From positions 29,336 to 93,335 of the IMG/VR virus record IMGVR_UViG_3300033068_000943: a stretch of 64,000 nucleotides of DNA. One strand, written 5' to 3'. This stretch comes from a virus (lineage: Duplodnaviria; Caudoviricetes). The notes beneath the pieces are model-generated. The model made no database searches and was not told the origin of the DNA. It saw only the letters and a list, made by a program, of their open reading frames with translations. The stretch's first letter is position 1. Every line of letters starts with the position of its first letter. A program made the position numbers and the translations under genes. This document shows, one piece after another, positions 40,947 through 50,590 of the stretch.

Positions 40947-41465
40947 TCATGCGCCTTGTCCTCTGTGCTTGCGGTTTCGATCCTGTAACGCGCAACGCAA
41001 CAGATAACGCCGTGCCGGCTCTCTGTTTGCCGCCCTGACAAGCCCTCTGAGAAGCCGCCGATACCGCTCCCGCGCTGCCGCGTCGGAAACCCCAAGGCGA
41101 GCCGCCAAACACGCCCACGAAACCGGCGGAGACATGCGCCGCCCCCGCAAAAGCACCATCTCATCGCGAGACGGATCAACCTCGCAGAGCCATCCCATGA
41201 CCACGTGATAATCGGAAAAATCTGCTACCGACGCACTGAGCGGCTGCATGTAATCATCCGCCCCGTTCTCAACCCGATCCGGCGTCGCCAACGCAAAGGC
41301 GGCCACGCTCTTTGCCAAGCGTGGCCGCTCAAGCCGGATTTTGGCATCGACATTGAGGGCGCGCATGACGCGCGCCTCGACCATATCCGCCGTCACGAAC
41401 CCGCACGGCTGGTAGGCAATTCTCGTCGCATCTCGCCACCATTGCGGCGGCCGTGGCGCTGTCAT
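40947..41465 (-). CDS. Putative late regulator with sigma-region-4-like HTH
   Basis: C-terminal SWACLAARLGVSDAAARERY. Confidence 0.55.
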   Translation of the reverse strand: MTAPRPPQWWRDATRIAYQPCGFVTADMVEARVMRALNVDAKIRLERPRLAKSVAAFALATPDRVENGADDYMQPLSASVADFSDYHVVMGWLCEVDPSRDEMVLLRGRRMSPPVSWACLAARLGVSDAAARERYRRLLRGLVRAANREPARRYLLRCALQDRNRKHRGQGA

Positions 41466-41506
41466 GTCGCTGTTTCACGTGAAACGCGCACGAATTCCGT
41501 ACCATA

Positions 41507-41971
41507 TCACGACGCCTGATTCGAGGAAGCAGCATCACGCGCCTTCGCCAGTATGGCATAGACGCGCGCGGTCGATATGCCGATCTTGCGCGAAATATCA
41601 TAAACGCGCATCCCGGCATCACGCATCAACACGACCTTTTGGCTGGTTTCTCTAGCCCGTCTATCGTCGTTCGATGGGAGGCGGGCCGCCTTCCGGCGCC
41701 ACTGAAAAACGGTCCTGCTGGAGCACCCGAGGAGATTGGCAATGCTGCTGTCCGACAGCCCTTGGTCGTAATACTTCTGCATCTCCGAGCGATCAAAGTG
41801 TGGCTTTTTCCCCCGGCCGGGGCGCATTCTCAGCGGACCGCACAGCTTGGCAATCTTCCACTCGTCGACGCCGTACCTGCGTGCCACAAGCGTATAAGAA
41901 AACCCGCTTCGCACCTCTTCAATGATGGACGCCTCTTCGTCTTTCGTCAGCTTCTTTGCCACGATCCTCAC
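41507..41971 (-). CDS. Multi-HTH DNA-binding protein
   Basis: Three HTH-like segments (e.g. GLSDSSIANLLGCSSRTVFQWR). Confidence 0.65.
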   Translation of the reverse strand: MRIVAKKLTKDEEASIIEEVRSGFSYTLVARRYGVDEWKIAKLCGPLRMRPGRGKKPHFDRSEMQKYYDQGLSDSSIANLLGCSSRTVFQWRRKAARLPSNDDRRARETSQKVVLMRDAGMRVYDISRKIGISTARVYAILAKARDAASSNQAS

Positions 41972-41978
41972 TCCAACA

Positions 41979-42533
41979 TTACCACGGGTAGCAGATCAGA
42001 TTGCCGTTGCAATCAAGATAACCAGCACCGCTTCTCCACCTCACGTGCGCTGGCTTGGTGTCGAGAGCGCCGACCGCCTGTTCCCGCGTAGGAATAGGCG
42101 GTCGTTCCGGTGCAGTGGCCACGGTTGCGCTCCCGGATAAGCACGTCGTGTTTATCTCAACGCGCCCACCGCTGGCAACGATGCCAAGCGCTTCTGTAAA
42201 CCGCCCCTCAACGCGACTAAGAATAGCCGACTGCTCTGCATCTGTGCCGCTCGCAATTCGCAGGTCGCTATTGTAGAATGTCGTGTGATCGCGTCGGAAC
42301 AAGCGGCCAAGCTCTGACAGGCTGATGTCACCGAAGTATCTCTTGGCAACCACGTGAGCCACCTGCCGCACGCGCACCGCTGATCGGTCCCGACGCTCGC
42401 CAAGGATGATGTCGCGTCCCACCCCCGTGTCAGACTCGATAATCTTCAACAACAGCGCCATCCGGCGCGCAGCGGGAACAAATGCGCGCACGGCCGCGCG
42501 CCCCGTCTCGGTCACGATGCCTTTTTCAACCAT
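41979..42533 (-). CDS. DnaA domain IV (C-terminal HTH)-like protein
   Basis: R..VRVRQVA..SLSELGRLFRRDHTT signature. Confidence 0.75.
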   Translation of the reverse strand: MVEKGIVTETGRAAVRAFVPAARRMALLLKIIESDTGVGRDIILGERRDRSAVRVRQVAHVVAKRYFGDISLSELGRLFRRDHTTFYNSDLRIASGTDAEQSAILSRVEGRFTEALGIVASGGRVEINTTCLSGSATVATAPERPPIPTREQAVGALDTKPAHVRWRSGAGYLDCNGNLICYPW

Positions 42534-44082
42534 GGAGATTGCACCCCTTGCTTGTGCAGACGTGCACCCGGCGGCAGCCAATATTCCATCGGCTGACCGT
42601 CAACGACAATCGTTCCGGATGGCGGGACTACTCCAGACCGCACCCGCTCCCGGAACGCCACGTTCGCGGCATCGACGATCTCACGTGGGCTCGCCATCTG
42701 GCTTCTCCGTGTGGTCGGCATCAATAGCGGAGAGCACAACGCTGCTCAGATAAAACGCTCCCGTGGCCGCGCAACACAAATGATCCTCGCCACGCCAGAT
42801 CGGCAACCCGCTTGCCGCGCAAATAATCGGATCGCCATCATCGTCAAGCAACAATTCGGGAATCTCCGCCATTTGGTATTCGTCCCACGCCGTGCGCGCG
42901 GCCAGCGACAATTCCCGGCGGCGCGCACTCAAAGGAGTATCCCCCTCAAGCCGCGATAGCTCCGTGAAAAACCATTCCCTCATCTCGGAAAGCCGGCGCT
43001 TGTACTCCGCCATAAGGGCATCAACGTCGAGAACGACGGAAGGCTTCGGTAACGCCTCAACCGCTGCTGCCGCGCGCCGCCAATCTTGGTAAAGCTGATG
43101 CGCCCGGGAACGATCGTCATCAGACAAATCTACCATGCGTCACCTCAACAAGATCACAAGCAACAAGCTCATGCTGGCGGCCCAAGCCGCATACCCAAGC
43201 ACAACCCCAATCATGTCGTCTCCGTGGGTTCGCCGTCTCCGGCCCACCGCATCAATACGGACCAGTTGCCATGCGACGTGCCGTGCAACTCATCGTCAAT
43301 AACCCAACCGCGCGCCGCGAACAGCAACATCCGACCGTGCGGAACATATCTGAGCCACACCATGACTATCCCCGCCTCGGCGCGTATCTCGCCTCCACGG
43401 GAGGCACCGCGCGCGGCTCCGGTGGCATTTCATGTGGGAGCGGGGGCGGCATGCCATGGACGCCTGATCCGCCTACCCGCATTTGACGGATGTAGCCCGC
43501 TACGGCCGCGATCTCTGCCGGGACGTCGCGGTCGAGAACCGCCGCAATCTCGCACTGATCACCATAGCGGCTCTCCAACATCTGTCGGGCCGCCGCCATC
43601 AAGGCGTCCAGCTCGTCGCGCAGATCACTCATGGGATGCTCCGCCGGCACAGCCTAGACGGCGCTCGCGGCGCTTCCGCAGAATATCGTAGCGATAATCT
43701 GGATCGGAGCCATAACGCTCGCGCTGTCGCTGCGCCGCCCGCGCACGCAGCCGATCCCAATTTTTTTTGATATACTTCGAATCCGGCCCCTTTCCAGGGC
43801 CGGCCTTCCATCTCTGCTCCACGGCCCTGACGTAGGCAACGTCGCAGCCGACCTGCGCCGCAATGTCAGGGCGCGGCAGCCCCGCTTCAATCAAATCGCG
43901 TATTTGGCCAGCCTTGCTCATCGTCGATCCCTCCGGTCCACTCGGAGAGACGCACCGAACCGCCAGGGCGAGAGGGAGGCAGGAGGGCGGCGGCCCAGTG
44001 CGTCTTTCGGAATGGCCCGGCCGGAGGGAGGTTCCGGCCGGGCACGAGACAGCGGCGCCGTGTCGCCAAGCGCCGCCGCCGA

Positions 44083-45363
44083 TTAGAAGCTGATCTTGGT
44101 GCCCAGCATGAACAGCGTCGTATCGCTGCACACACCCAGACACAGCGGCGTCGGCGTGCCGACATCGAGGCGTCGAACCGTCCCGTAAACGTCGAGCGCC
44201 AGCCCGTCGATGGACTGAATTGCGCCAGCCCCGATCACCTTGAGATCGTCGCCGGTCAACTGCTCCATCTTCTGCCACTCAGCGAACAGCGTCGTGGCGC
44301 CCCAGCCCGTCCAATTGCGCTGAATGCCGGCCTGACCACCGTATCCGGTCACACGTTCGGAACCGAGCGACGCAGACACCGACCCGCCGATCAGCGGCAC
44401 GTTGAGCGAGATCACCCCGGTCAGGTCGTAATCGAGACGCGAATAGAACCCCGTCGCGAACAGCCCCGTCTTGGTGTGCATCAGCGATGCCGATCCCGAC
44501 AACGCCTTGTGCGATCCCGTGACATCCAGCGTCAGGATGTTGAGCACGTTCAGCACGTTCGCGAGCGTCTGCGGCTTCTGGTCCCGGTAGCCGATGCCGG
44601 CCGCGAACCGGAATTCGCCGAACTCGGCCGCATAGCGCAGCGCGGCATCCCACGTGTCCGTGTCCGACCACGTGACGGACGCCGTAAACCCGCCAAGGAT
44701 CGGCGTGTCATAGCGCACGACATTGGCCCGGCCGCCGTCATAGGGCAGATTGAGGAACGGCACGGCTCCGCCGAAGTTCAGCGGCATCAGACTCAGAGGC
44801 CGCACGGCGAGATTGGTGTTGGCCGTGCTCAGCTCGATGATGCCATCCGTCGCCATCGACGTGTGACCGACAGACACCGTGCCCAGCACCGTGTCGAGAT
44901 AGACGTAGCTGTGCCGGGTCGTGGTCCCGACCTCGCCGAAAGCCACCTCGTTCTTGCCATCGGGCGAATCGGGGATGGCGATGACCGCATTGCCGGCATC
45001 GATGCCCCGAGCGCTCGGGTTGGCGATGGCAATCTCGATCACGAAACCGGCCCGAGTGTCCTTGCCGATCCGACCTTCGCCCGCGAAGCGGAAGCGCGAC
45101 GGGTCTTGCGTGCCGTCGTAGATCGACAGCTTGTTGGCGCCCGGCAGGTCGTCGTTATCGTGCGACAGAATGCCCTTGTGCACGACGCCGGAGATCGTGA
45201 GCGAAACCTTGCGGTTGCCCTTGCGGGCCACGGTCGCCTCCAACTCAGCAACACGCTCCTCCAGATCTGCGCAGCAGTTGCCGCCTAGATCGGCGGCGCT
45301 GACCAGCGCCGCCGACAGCAGAAGCGCAGCCGTGGCGCCCCCCATAATCCTCATCTGTGTCAT
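44083..45363 (-). CDS. Outer-membrane porin (Hyphomicrobium-type)
   Basis: Signal peptide, ADLGGNCCADLEERVAELEAT.ARKGNRKVSL, VRYDTP, beta-strands, terminal Phe. Confidence 0.85.
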   Translation of the reverse strand: MTQMRIMGGATAALLLSAALVSAADLGGNCCADLEERVAELEATVARKGNRKVSLTISGVVHKGILSHDNDDLPGANKLSIYDGTQDPSRFRFAGEGRIGKDTRAGFVIEIAIANPSARGIDAGNAVIAIPDSPDGKNEVAFGEVGTTTRHSYVYLDTVLGTVSVGHTSMATDGIIELSTANTNLAVRPLSLMPLNFGGAVPFLNLPYDGGRANVVRYDTPILGGFTASVTWSDTDTWDAALRYAAEFGEFRFAAGIGYRDQKPQTLANVLNVLNILTLDVTGSHKALSGSASLMHTKTGLFATGFYSRLDYDLTGVISLNVPLIGGSVSASLGSERVTGYGGQAGIQRNWTGWGATTLFAEWQKMEQLTGDDLKVIGAGAIQSIDGLALDVYGTVRRLDVGTPTPLCLGVCSDTTLFMLGTKISF

Positions 45364-45535
45364 GTACGGTCCTCGGGTTTGAGAGCAGCACGCAGCACCG
45401 GGAACGCAAACACAGCCGCTCGATGATCGTCGGCCGTCGCTCTAGCGACAAACGCACATATTCGAGCCGTCATCGATTTGCAAATATCAAACGACACGCA
45501 GGGAACCTCTATTGTAGGTGTGTTGCCGTCCAGCC

Positions 45536-45736
45536 TCAGACGTCGACAACCAGTTTCGCATCGAAGTCTGGGTTTTCGCGACCATATCCACGCGGGCTTA
45601 CAACTACGCGCCCATCTCCGATTCGATAATCACAGATGGAATGTACGTGCCCACGCACCCACATCGATAATCGGTCAACAAGTTCATCGAGGCGTGACGC
45701 ATAGGCCGGATTGAGCGAATCACCCTCGTAGCGCAC
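45536..45736 (-). pseudogene. C-terminal remnant of a calcineurin-like metallophosphoesterase
   Basis: LNPAYAS..WVRGHVH..DY.IG..RVVVSPRGY..ENPDF; N-terminal motifs absent. Confidence 0.6.
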
Positions 45737-45759
45737 TCCGCTGCGCTGGTGTTGCGTTA

Positions 45760-45834
45760 TGGAGCGGACGGCGGGACTCGAACCCGCAACCCTCTGCTTG
45801 GAAGGCAGATGCTCTGCCATTGAGCTACGCCCGC
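45760..45834 (-). tRNA. tRNA-Gly(TCC)
   Basis: GCGGGCG acceptor, TCTGC-CTTCCAA-GCAGA, U73-CCA. Confidence 0.95.
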
Positions 45835-46135
45835 GATTTCAGTTTGCGCGCCCGGATGTTGGTCGCGATGTTGTGCCCCGCGTGTCCAGCCGACGCATAG
45901 CCGTGACCATCGACCGCCAGAATTTCTGCCAGCCGCGTGTCAGCGTCGATCGTTTCCGGCGTCGAACGCATGTTGAGGATCGGATCGATCTTGATGGTAT
46001 CATTGGCCAGCCGGAAATTCTCATCGCCGTAGAACTCAGCTTCTTTCGCCGCATCCTCCAGGCCTTTGTTGTACGCGCGCTTCTCTAACACGCTCATATC
46101 GCCTCGTCTCCCGCGACCACCCATGCCGCCACCGC

Positions 46136-46411
46136 TCACACCAGCTCCCATACCACTTTCCTCCCATCAAACCCAGCGCGGCGGACATGACCGTCACCAG
46201 TCAGCCCGTCCAAAGCGTTAGAAACGCTTCCAATCGTTCGCCACCCCATCGCGTCGGCAATTGTCTGATGCGATGGCCAGCCGCGCCCCGCGTCGATTTC
46301 CGACTCGATGAACGCCAACACCCGAGCCCGCCCGGGAGGCGGATCACGCTTCTCCGGGCGCTCGATGCGCACGAACGTTCGACCAAGACGATGTCGCTCC
46401 CGCCGCATCAC
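46136..46411 (-). CDS. LexA-type winged-HTH protein
   Basis: RVLAFIES..WPSHQTIADAMGWRTIGSV..L..L..GHV. Confidence 0.6.
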   Translation of the reverse strand: MMRRERHRLGRTFVRIERPEKRDPPPGRARVLAFIESEIDAGRGWPSHQTIADAMGWRTIGSVSNALDGLTGDGHVRRAGFDGRKVVWELV

Positions 46412-46753
46412 TCCGCCGCCTCTTGCCGTTGCCGCACCGCGCGCGATGGCCTCTTGACGTGTCCGCGGCGCCGCGCCTTGATCTGCACATTACCGAGAAT
46501 TGTCACAACACGTCCCCGGTCATTAAGCACCAGCTTCCCGCCTTCCGGGATAACTACAGACCGCGCCCCCATTACCACTGCCCACCGGACGACATGAGTC
46601 GAAAGAGACTGCCGAATCGCGTCCACATCAACGCCACTGACTCTCTCAAGGTATCGCAGAATGGCGTGATCCGAGATGTCCGGCCGCCAGTTTGTTCTAA
46701 GACGCACATTGACGATTCGGACCCGGTGCTCCTCCATGGTTAGCCTCGTCTGT

Positions 46754-46829
46754 TGGCAGCCGCCCTTGGACTCGAACCAAGAGCCGTCGCGCTCAAAACG
46801 CGACACTCTACCCGTTGAGCTAGGCGGCC
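46754..46829 (-). tRNA. tRNA-Gln(TTG)
   Basis: TCGCG-TTTTGAG-CGCGA, G73-CCA. Confidence 0.85.
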
Positions 46830-47012
46830 ATGTCGTCTCGACGCGGCGTGCGCTGCTCCCGTCGTGCTGCCATATCTGCGGTGCACCGCAGGCCGGCCAC
46901 GACAGCCGGATGGCGCTATATCCCCTGACGGGCGGGGCGAGTCGTTAGCTCGCTTTGTCTGGCAGCAGCGCGCGCCGCGCCGATTTGATATTGTCAATTG
47001 TCAACGCCCGCG

Positions 47013-50000
47013 TCAATCGTTTTCCTTGGCGAACAGCGGGAGATCGTTGGGATTGTCCAGATTGTTCTTACTCGCCGCGACGGCTGCCCTCTTCGTTGGC
47101 TGCGTCGCGAGTTCCATCCGGCGCTTGATGTCTTCCTGATATTCAGGCTCGCGCTCGATCAGGATAGCGCGCATGCCTTCGCGCCACGCAGCCTCCCCCG
47201 TAGTGCCGGTCCCGGCAAACGGATCGAGGCAAACGCCAGGGCGCCATTCTAGGCGGTGTCCACAATGCGCACAGGCCGGCTGGTTATGATCTTGCCATGG
47301 CAGTGAGGACAGCACAGCGTGCTTCGCCTCGGCAGATTGAGCTTGTCGTGATCCCCCTTCGCCATCAACTCCAAATTCTCCGGTCGATTGTCGGTCTTGA
47401 CGCCGTTTTTGTGATGCACGACCTCGCCTTTTGTTAAGGGGCGGCCGATTAGCTGCTGCATGACCCACCGATGCTCGAAGACGTAGCCCCTCTGTGAATG
47501 GGATTGCGGATGATCCGGCATCCATAAGAGACGATAACCCTTGTTGCTGATCACAAAGCCCTTGGTGTTCTTCCTGTACTTTCCCGTCCACTTCGCCGCA
47601 CACGACCGACTGCAACATCGCCGCGCCCCATCCTTCCGAGGCTGGAATATTGTTCCGCACCAATCGCACGGTTTCGGTTTCAAGCCCTTGTTTGCCGCCG
47701 CACATTGTCGGCTGCAGAACCTGCCCGTGTGTTGATTGTCCCTCGGTTTGAAGTCCACTAGGCACCACGCACACTGGCGTATTGGAACTGGCCTTCTCGG
47801 TGCTATTTTTCGCATGGGTTGCGGCCTCGCAATTCGGACACGCCAACACCCTTTTGGGAGTCACTAGGCGGACCAGCCACTGCATGAGATCAAGGGGCTT
47901 GACTGTCGGATGCTTGGACCCGAGGCGATCATCTGCATCCGCCTTCGACGTGTAAAAGAATCGAGCCGCCGAAGCGCCGTCTGATCTGCGCATCCCCGGC
48001 AGTGCTGCGAAATCGGTCCCGCCGTTCTCGGTGTAGCGCCGATCGGCTGATGCCTCGCCATCGCGACGGGCTTTGCCTGGGGCTCTGCTCGCGTATTTTC
48101 CGTAAGTATTGTCGGTTGTACCGGATGGCTCCGTTCCCTTCACATCGCCTTGCTGTCCGGGGCTATCGGGGAAACAAGCCAGAACCTCGGGCGACCCATC
48201 GTGGCACAGATTAGCCGGCCAGCGGCCGAGATCGGTCGTGCCAGCGGCTTTGCTTCCGCCGTCCAGGCCCTTGCCAAGCCCGCCCGCACCCGTGCGGCCC
48301 GCATAGACGTTCCCGTCTGTCGGCTTCGCGTCGAGTTCGCGGAGGGGGCGGGCATCCGCCTCGATGCGACACCCGTCGATATTCAGGGCGCCCGTGCCAT
48401 GCTTGATGACATTCTCTGCCACGGTTCCGATCAGAGGTTTGCGAGCGACGCAGATCGGCTCCCAGGATGGTTTCAACGCAGTGCCCCAGCCGTCCCATTG
48501 TTTGGCGGCGTCAGTGGCGGGGATTTCTCTGCCGGGTTGGTAAGTGCGGCCGTCATCCTTGACCCAACTCCCGGAGATGTTCTGATCGGCGCCCGGGATC
48601 ATGCGCTTAACGGGAGCACCTACGGCAATCTTTTGGCGCTCGACGCCAGCGGCCTTGTCTATCCCCTTCGACACGTCATGGCTTTTCGGAAAGCCTGAAT
48701 TGCCAGTTGGGAACGCCATGCCGTCTCGAACGGCAACGAATGCCCCCGTGCGCACCGTCACGCACCAGATCACGCCGTCGTAATGCTCTGGAGTGATCCG
48801 TACCACAACGGATCTATGGCCCGGCCATGCTCGAACAGCTTGTGATCCCTGTTCGTCGAGAACAACATGAGATTGGTCGGACAGTTGTTTCGTGGATTGT
48901 GATCGATGTGATGAACCGACTCGGCTCGCGTCAGAAGGCGCCCAAGAATGCTCGCGACGACCAAGCGGTGTTCCATGACGTAGCCGTCCCGCCGTGACAT
49001 CGCCAGAAACTTCGGCGGACACCTCACACACTTCGGGCCAACATAGTTCCCGCGAGATCGAACGTATGTGACGCCACCCTTCCAGGAGGGATTGGACGGC
49101 CCAGTGAACCGCGCGACTAGCGCCGCCTCCGACTCCGGTCGCCACGCTGCCCGGCCCTTGTGCGCGTGCTTGGCCCATTCCGCCCCGCGCAATGCGCCGT
49201 TGCATTCGCGCGAGCAAACCGGGGTTCGGACCTTGCGCCGCCACGCTTGCGGTATCGTCTTTTCCTTTCCGCAAATCCCACATGCCACAGTCACGCGCCG
49301 ATTGAGGGGAGACGGCCGCCCTGCTGCCTTCGATCCAATCAGCGCATTCTTGCACACCTTCGAGCATGTTCGATTGCGCGTTGCCTGCTCCTTGGTCATG
49401 GCCGCGAAGGGCGACAAGCAGTGCTGGCAAGTTTTCCAGAACGGGTACACGCGCCTCGCGTTGCCGTGCAGCGTCCTCCGCGAACTCGAATGTTTCTTCT
49501 CCGCCTCGTTCAATGAGGCAGCGATGATTTCGGGAGACAACTTGCTCTCCATGAGGCGTTGTAATTCGATACATGGTGTCGCTGATTTGGTAGCGATGGA
49601 CATGCTCGACAGTTCCCCATTGATAGGTCTTTCGGGCTGAGTCGTATGTGAGGATTGTATCGCCCGCTTTCAACTCAGAATGATGCGAGAGGCCGCATGG
49701 TGTAACTGCCTGCGTGCAGTCATCGAGGCACCCGTAGGCCCAGCCAATCTGGTCCCTGATCTCAAACCCCGCATCCTCGATAGCGCACGCCATCCGGTGA
49801 TAGGTGCGCGTTCCCGAGAAGGCGACGACGTGCCCGCCGGGCTTGAGCACGCGCAGCACTTCGGCCCAGAACTCGACCGCAAACGCCGTCTCGCCGGTAT
49901 CCCATTGCTTGCCCATAAACCCGCCGCCAAGGCGGGTGTAAGCGCCACCCATGCCATCGGCCTTGGCGGGCGCCGCTCCAGCCTTGCCGAACCGCTTGAC

Positions 50001-50144
50001 GATGGAGACGAGCGCATAGGGCGGATCGGTGACGACGGAGTCGATGGAGTTGTCAGGAATTGAGCGCAGCACGTCCCGGCAATCGCCGGGGCGCAAAATC
50101 ACCTTCCCATCGAGAAATTTCACCTCATCTTCGCTCCCCATCAA
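47013..50144 (-). CDS. DNA amino-methyltransferase (N4/N6, beta class) with an intein and a second insertion
   Basis: VTDPPY near the N-terminus; HPTVKP and DPFAGTGTT near the C-terminus. Confidence 0.9.
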   Translation of the reverse strand: MMGSEDEVKFLDGKVILRPGDCRDVLRSIPDNSIDSVVTDPPYALVSIVKRFGKAGAAPAKADGMGGAYTRLGGGFMGKQWDTGETAFAVEFWAEVLRVLKPGGHVVAFSGTRTYHRMACAIEDAGFEIRDQIGWAYGCLDDCTQAVTPCGLSHHSELKAGDTILTYDSARKTYQWGTVEHVHRYQISDTMYRITTPHGEQVVSRNHRCLIERGGEETFEFAEDAARQREARVPVLENLPALLVALRGHDQGAGNAQSNMLEGVQECADWIEGSRAAVSPQSARDCGMWDLRKGKDDTASVAAQGPNPGLLARMQRRIARGGMGQARAQGPGSVATGVGGGASRAVHWAVQSLLEGWRHIRSISRELCWPEVCEVSAEVSGDVTAGRLRHGTPLGRREHSWAPSDASRVGSSHRSQSTKQLSDQSHVVLDEQGSQAVRAWPGHRSVVVRITPEHYDGVIWCVTVRTGAFVAVRDGMAFPTGNSGFPKSHDVSKGIDKAAGVERQKIAVGAPVKRMIPGADQNISGSWVKDDGRTYQPGREIPATDAAKQWDGWGTALKPSWEPICVARKPLIGTVAENVIKHGTGALNIDGCRIEADARPLRELDAKPTDGNVYAGRTGAGGLGKGLDGGSKAAGTTDLGRWPANLCHDGSPEVLACFPDSPGQQGDVKGTEPSGTTDNTYGKYASRAPGKARRDGEASADRRYTENGGTDFAALPGMRRSDGASAARFFYTSKADADDRLGSKHPTVKPLDLMQWLVRLVTPKRVLACPNCEAATHAKNSTEKASSNTPVCVVPSGLQTEGQSTHGQVLQPTMCGGKQGLETETVRLVRNNIPASEGWGAAMLQSVVCGEVDGKVQEEHQGLCDQQQGLSSLMDAGSSAIPFTEGLRLRASVGHAAANRPPLNKRRGRASQKRRQDRQSTGEFGVDGEGGSRQAQSAEAKHAVLSSLPWQDHNQPACAHCGHRLEWRPGVCLDPFAGTGTTGEAAWREGMRAILIEREPEYQEDIKRRMELATQPTKRAAVAASKNNLDNPNDLPLFAKEND
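47249..47815 (-). CDS. HNH homing endonuclease nested out of frame in the methyltransferase
   Basis: CxxC..CSxxC repeats; YVFEHRWVM..VVHHKNGVKTDNRPENL. Confidence 0.85.
   Translation of the reverse strand: MRKIAPRRPVPIRQCAWCLVDFKPRDNQHTGRFCSRQCAAANKGLKPKPCDWCGTIFQPRKDGARRCCSRSCAAKWTGKYRKNTKGFVISNKGYRLLWMPDHPQSHSQRGYVFEHRWVMQQLIGRPLTKGEVVHHKNGVKTDNRPENLELMAKGDHDKLNLPRRSTLCCPHCHGKIITSRPVRIVDTA
48699..49730 (-). mobile_element. Intein (344 aa) in the methyltransferase
   Basis: YG|CLDD.. start, block B SRNHR, end YDGVIWCVTV..TGN|SGFPK. Confidence 0.85.
48770..49603 (-). CDS. HNH homing endonuclease nested out of frame within the intein
   Basis: CQHC..CSKVC, CGIC..CSREC, NPSWKGG, YVMEHRLV..VHHIDHNPRNN..NL; start uncertain. 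Confidence 0.85.
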   Translation of the reverse strand: MSIATKSATPCIELQRLMESKLSPEIIAASLNEAEKKHSSSRRTLHGNARRVYPFWKTCQHCLSPFAAMTKEQATRNRTCSKVCKNALIGSKAAGRPSPLNRRVTVACGICGKEKTIPQAWRRKVRTPVCSRECNGALRGAEWAKHAHKGRAAWRPESEAALVARFTGPSNPSWKGGVTYVRSRGNYVGPKCVRCPPKFLAMSRRDGYVMEHRLVVASILGRLLTRAESVHHIDHNPRNNCPTNLMLFSTNRDHKLFEHGRAIDPLWYGSLQSITTA

Positions 50145-50590
50145 ACGCTCCTCCCCCGCTTCAAGCAGTCCTTGATGTGTTTGATCAGGCTGATCTCGGC
50201 GGTGCGGCGCATAAATTCACGCTCCCGCCGCAATAGGGCATGCTCGTACATTTGCGCCCGCCGAACCGGCGATACAGACCGAAGCCCGTCGTAATGTGCC
50301 GCCACGGCGAGCGTCTGATTGTGCTCCACCCACAACATATCGCCACGATGATCGTCCTTCCCTGAGATCGTATCGCGGAGCCGGCGCGCATAGTCACGCG
50401 CATACTCCTCCTCGCCCACCCTCGGCTCCGAGGAGGTTGCATACGCTTGCGCTGGGCCGCCAATCGCTACGCCGGGGCCAGACCCGAGCAGCGACCGTGC
50501 CGCCGCGTTCTCAACCAGCGTCGGCGTCGAGATGACGGCAACCGGCGCCGCCCTCAGGAACCCGCGGCGGTTCAATGCTCGCTTGATCAT
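50141..50590 (-). CDS. Hypothetical protein with Tat-like LNRRGFL N-terminus
   Basis: Coupled to both neighbours. Confidence 0.55.
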   Translation of the reverse strand: MIKRALNRRGFLRAAPVAVISTPTLVENAAARSLLGSGPGVAIGGPAQAYATSSEPRVGEEEYARDYARRLRDTISGKDDHRGDMLWVEHNQTLAVAAHYDGLRSVSPVRRAQMYEHALLRREREFMRRTAEISLIKHIKDCLKRGRSV

